From Eledone cirrhosa (taxonomy: Eukaryota), in contig OZ024756.1 in NCBI GenBank assembly GCA_964016885.1, positions 6,386,001-6,450,000 on the forward strand: a stretch of 64,000 bases of DNA, read 5' to 3'. The notes under the pieces were generated by a model. That model did no database searches, was not told the origin of the DNA, and saw only the letters and a list, made by a program, of their open reading frames with translations. Positions 59,374 through 64,000 of this stretch are shown here, piece after piece; position 1 is the stretch's first letter; each line of letters opens with the position of its first letter. The position numbers and the translations under genes were made by a program.

Positions 59374-60335
59374 CAGCAGTAGCAGCAGTAGTCAAACCAA
59401 TTACAATTGTTACAGAGATTCGTTGGACACTGGGAATAGTGAGGGTTGAAGGGGGAGATGGGTGTAGTGGGGTGTGTCCCTCGAGTAATCACAAATGGCG
59501 GCGTGGTGTGGAGTGGTGTAGTGGTCGTCTGGTGGGGTGGTGTGGTGATGGGTCGTCTGGTGGGGTGGTGTGGATTGGTGGGACGGTGTGGGGTGGTATG
59601 GAGAGGTGTGGTGGGATCGTGTGGTGTGGAGAGGGTGGTGGGATGGTGTGTGGTGGTGTGGTGTTGGTTGGTGTGGTGTGGATAGGGTGGTGGGATGGCG
59701 TGTAGTGGTGTGGTGTAGAGAGTGTGATGGGATGGTGTGTGGCGGTGTGGTGGTGTGGTGTCGGGTGGTGGGATGGTGTGTGGTGGTGTGAGGTCGGGTG
59801 GTGTGGTGTGGAGAGGGTGGTGGTATGGAGAGGTGTGGTATGACGTTGTGTGGTGGTGTGGTGTGGAGAGGTGTGGTGGGATGATGTGGAGTGGTGTGGG
59901 ATGGTGTGGTGTGGAGTGATGGAGGGGAGGGGTGTGGTGCGGTGTTGCGTGGTGTGGTGTGGAGTGGTCTGGTGTTGTGTGGAGAGGGTGGTGGGATGGT
60001 GTGGTGTTGCGTGGAGTGATGTGGTGGTGGGATGGATAGGTGTAGTGTGGTGTGGAGTGGAGTGGTCTGGTGTTGTGTGGAGAGGGTGGTGGGATCGTAT
60101 GGTGTTGCGTGGAGTGGTGTGGTGTGGCGATGGGATGGATATGTGTAGTGTGGTATGGAGTGGAGTGGAGTGGAATGGTGTGGTGTGGTGTGGTGTAGTG
60201 AGGTGTGGTGTGGTGTAGTGTAGTGTGGTGTTGTGTGAGATGGTGTGGGTGGAGGGATGGAGAGGTGTAGTGTAGTGTAGTGTAGTGTAGTGTAGTGTAG
60301 TGTAGTGTAGTGTAGTGTAGTGTAGTGTAGTGTGG
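59166..60335. repeat. (GTA)n/(GTG)n, degenerate (GTGGT)n and (GTAGT)n tracts
   Basis: Direct inspection. Confidence 0.9.
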
Positions 60336-60489
60336 GAATAACTAACATCAACGGCAATTGTAATTACAAAATCATTAATGGGGATGGTGATGATAGTTGA
60401 GGTGGTAGTGCTGCAGATGGCGATGCTGGGTATTATCATGAAGATGGTGGTACATAATTTTAAAGAAAGATAATAATTATCATTAGTAG

Positions 60490-60673
60490 GGCGGGATTTG
60501 AACTCAGAAACACTGCCCTTGGCATACTGAGTTCAAATCCCGCCGAGGTTAACTTTACCTTTCATCCTTACGGGGGTCGATAAAATAAAGTACCAGTAAT
60601 GCACTGGGGTCGATTTTAATCGACTTTCCCCTCCGCCAAAATTGCTGGCCTTGTGCCAATATAGGAAACCTTT
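60490..60673 (+). mobile_element. SINE with short inverted 5' segment and TSD ATTAGTAG
   Basis: GGCGGGATTTGAACTCAG (60490-60507) is the reverse complement of 60527-60544; TSD at 60482-60489 and 60674-60681. Confidence 0.8.
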
Positions 60674-60713
60674 ATTAGTAGTAATTTAGAATAATTGAAA
60701 TTAGAAAGAAATG

Positions 60714-60779
<66 letters not shown>

Positions 60780-60816
60780 ATTTTATATTATATATATATA
60801 TATATATATATACATG

Positions 60817-61080
60817 TAAAGTTATATTTAAAATTGTTGGGTTACAACTAGTAAATATTTATAACTGATATAAAAGCACTCGACAAATACTTGGAGTATA
60901 TTTACAATATTAAATAACTGGAAAACTATATTTATAAAACCATATTTATTTCATTATATATATTTCGGGGATATCATATTAACAATATGCTATGCCTTCA
61001 TCAGACAAAATACAATATAAACAGTTTTATAGATAAATACATTCGACATACCGTAATAAACATCAACTTCATTTGAAGAG
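60817..61080 (-). mobile_element. PLE-like terminus, family G copy 2, with hammerhead at 60947-61012
   Basis: - strand: TATTTTGT-CTGATGA-AGGCATAGCATATTGTTAATATGATATCCCC-GAAA-T-ATAT-A-TA-ATGAAATA (8-bp stem I including 2 GU pairs). Confidence 0.8.
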
Positions 61081-61116
61081 GTTCACTCTATATAATATAA
61101 AAGAGGTTCACTCTAT

Positions 61117-61394
61117 ATAATATAAAATCAAAGATGGTTAAAAGAGTTACATGTATTTTATTATGCGCATTTCAAAAACAAATATCATCCTGGGATGATA
61201 TTTGCGTTCTCATCAGATAAAAATATCCCATGATGATATTTGGTTTTGAAATGCGCATAATAAAATACATGGAACTCTTTTAACCATCTTTTGATTTTAT
61301 ATTATTTATACTCCAGTCCTATAAATTGTTGAGTGCTACTTATCCGGTATCTGCAGTGCTTTATTGTGCTGCAATAAAACTCAGCTCCTACATT
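61117..61394 (+). mobile_element. PLE-like fold-back element, family D, with complete hammerhead on - strand at 61154-61225
   Basis: Arms ~61117-61189 and 61232-61305. - strand: TATTTTTAT-CTGATGA-[CAAATATCATC..GATGATATTTG]-GAAA-T-GCGC-A-TA-ATAAAATA. Tail carries ACTC-CAGT..ATTG-TT-GAGT-GCT. Confidence 0.8.
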
Positions 61395-61640
61395 ATATAT
61401 ATATATATAGGAATGTTTTATGCAATTTGTGTTTACAAGCCCAACACTGCCTCTGATTTTGTTGTTATATATATTAAGATACGTACGCGCGAGCGTGTGT
61501 ATGTGTGTGTATGTGTGTGTATGTGTGTGTTTGTGTGTGTGTGTATGTGTGTGTATGTGTGTGTTTGTGTGTGAGAAATCTCTCCTAAAGTGACATTTTT
61601 CTAGGGCTGTAATAATTTCATAAACATTCTTTTTCTCACC

Positions 61641-64000
61641 AACACCTCCCCTCCATCGCCTCCTATTGAACACCTCCCCTCCATCGCCTCCTATTAAACA
61701 CCTCCCTTCCATCGCCTCCTATTGAACACCTTCCCCTCCATCGCCACCTATTAAACACCTCCCCTCCATCGCCTCCTATTGACCACCTCCCTTCCATCGC
61801 CCCCTATTGAACACCTCCCCTCCATCGCCTCCTATTAAACACCTCCCCTCCATCGCCTCCTATTAAACACCTCCCTTCCATCGCCCCCTATTGAACACCT
61901 CCCCTCCATCGCCTCCTATTAAACACCTCCCTTCCATCGCCTCCTATTGAACACCTTCCCCTCCATCGCCTCCTATTAAACACCTCCCCTCCATCGCCAC
62001 CTATTGACCACCTCCCTTCCATCGCCCCCTATTGAACACCTCCCCTCCATCGCCTCCTATTAAACACCTCCCCTCCATCGCCTCCTATTAAACACCTCCC
62101 CTCCATCGCCTCCTATTAAACACCTCCCTTCCATCGCCCCCTATTGACCACCTCCCTTCCATCGCCCCCTATTGAACACCTCCCCTCCATCGCCTCCTAT
62201 TAAACACCTCCCCTCCATCGCCTCCTATTAAACACCTCCCCTCCATCGCCCCCTATTGAACACCTCCCCTCCATCGCCACCTATTGAACACCTCCCCTCC
62301 ATCGCCACCTATTTAACACCTCCCCTCCATCGCCTCCTATTGAACACCTCCCTTCCATCGCCTCCTATTGAACACCTCCCCTCCATCGCCACCTATTGAA
62401 CACCTCCCCTCCATCGCCACCTATTGAACACCTCCCCTCCATCGCCTCCTATTGAACACCTCCCCTCCATCGCCTCCTATTGAACACCTCCCCTCCATCG
62501 CCTCCTATTGAACACCTCCCCTCCATCGCCTCCTATTGAACACCTCCCCTCCATCGCCTCCTATTGAATACCTCCCCTCCATCGCCTCCTATTAAACACC
62601 TCCCCTCCATCGCCACCTATTCAACACCTCCCCTCCATCGCCTCCTATTGAACACCTCCCCTCCATCGCCACCTATTAAACACCTCCCCTCCATCGCCAC
62701 CTATTGAACACCTTCCCCTCCATCGCCACCTATTTAACACCTCCCCTCCATCGCCACCTATTCAACACCTCCCCTCCATCGCCACCTATTGAACACCTTC
62801 CCCTCCATCGCCACCTATTTAACACCTCCCCTCCATCGCCACCTATTGAACACCTCCCCTCCATCGCCACCTATTGAACACCTTCCCCTCCATCGCCACC
62901 TATTTAACACCTCCCCTCCATCGCCTCCTATTGAACACCTCCCCTCCATCGCCTCCTATTGAATACCTCCCCTCCATCGCCTCCTATTAAACACCTCCCC
63001 TCCATCGCCACCTATTCAACACCTCCCCTCCATCGCCTCCTATTGAACACCTCCCCTCCATCGCCACCTATTTAACACCTCCCCTCCATCGCCTCCTATT
63101 CAACACCTCCCCTCCATCGCCACCTATTGAACACCTCCCCTCCATCGCCACCTATTCAACACCTCCCTTCCATCGCCACCTATTCAACACCTTCCCCTCC
63201 ATCGCCACCTATTGAACACCTTCCCCTCCATCGCCACCTATTTAACACCTCCCCTCCATCGCCACCTATTCAACACCTCCCCTCCATCGCCTCCTATTGA
63301 ACACCTCCCCTCCATCGCCACCTATTAAACACCTCCCCTCCATCGCCACCTATTTAACACCTCCCCTCCATCGCCTCCTATTAAACACCTCCCCTCCATC
63401 GCCTCCTATTGAACACCTCCCCTCCATCGCCACCTATTAAACACCTCCCCTCCATCGCCTCCTATTCAACACCTCCCCTCCATCGCCTCCTATTAAACAC
63501 CTCCCCTCCATCGCCACCTATTAAACACCTCCCCTCCATCGCCTCCTATTCAACACCTCCCCTCCATCGCCTCCTATTAAACACCTCCCCTCCATCGCCT
63601 CCTATTGAACACCTCCCCTCCATCGCCACCTATTAAACACCTCCCCTCCATCGCCACCTATTCAACACCACCCCTCCATCGCCTCCTATTGAACACCTCC
63701 CCTCCATCGCCTCCTATTAAACACCTCCCCTCCATCGCCACCTATTCAACACCTCCCCTCCATCGCCTCCTATTGAACACCTCCCCTCCATCGCCTCCTA
63801 TTAAACACCTCCCCTCCATCGCCACCTATTCAACACCTCCCCTCCATCGCCACCTATTCAACACCTCCCCTCCATCGCCTCCTATTGAACACGTTCCCCT
63901 CCATCGCCTCCTATTAAACACCTCCCCTCCATCGCCTCCTATTAAACACCTCCCCTCCATCGCCTCCTATTGAACACCTTCCCCTCCATCGCCACCTATT
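61641..64000. repeat. 28-bp pyrimidine-rich satellite, >80 copies, runs off the window
   Basis: Unit AACACCTCCCCTCCATCGCCWCCTATTN. Confidence 0.95.

Noticed and set aside
59135-60439. Mucin-like Thr/His/Pro-rich ORFs
   Set aside because: Derived from tri- and pentanucleotide repeats; no supporting splice or signal features.
61641-64000. Telomere or Pro-rich coding repeat
   Set aside because: The 28-bp unit is not TTAGGG-like and not a multiple of 3; ordinary satellite.

Overview
Repeat-saturated, AT-rich eukaryotic DNA. It is most likely from a cephalopod such as Octopus, inferred from the SINE content and the very large (TA)n/(CA)n/(GA)n microsatellite load. Almost all long ORFs in the track are microsatellite artefacts. 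Supported content: one clear minus-strand host exon encoding part of a CUB-like domain (22858-23108); fragments of CR1-, L1/Tx1-, RTE- and R4/Dong-type non-LTR retrotransposons; more than a dozen tRNA-derived SINEs, several with TSDs; piggyBac- and Tc1/mariner-type MITEs; and five minisatellite arrays. The most interesting signal is a swarm of short, non-coding, (TA)n-embedded elements from at least 7 sequence-unrelated families that look like Penelope-like element (PLE) termini. Most share one architecture: an inverted (fold-back) duplication, a minimal hammerhead ribozyme with a family-specific palindromic stem III (including a compensatory U3-A8 core variant), and a 3' tail. The tail begins 4-8 nt past the end of the inverted copy with a covarying bulged hairpin, ACTC-[stem-loop]-YY-GAGT-RCT. 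All structures were read by eye; no folding or database searches were run.
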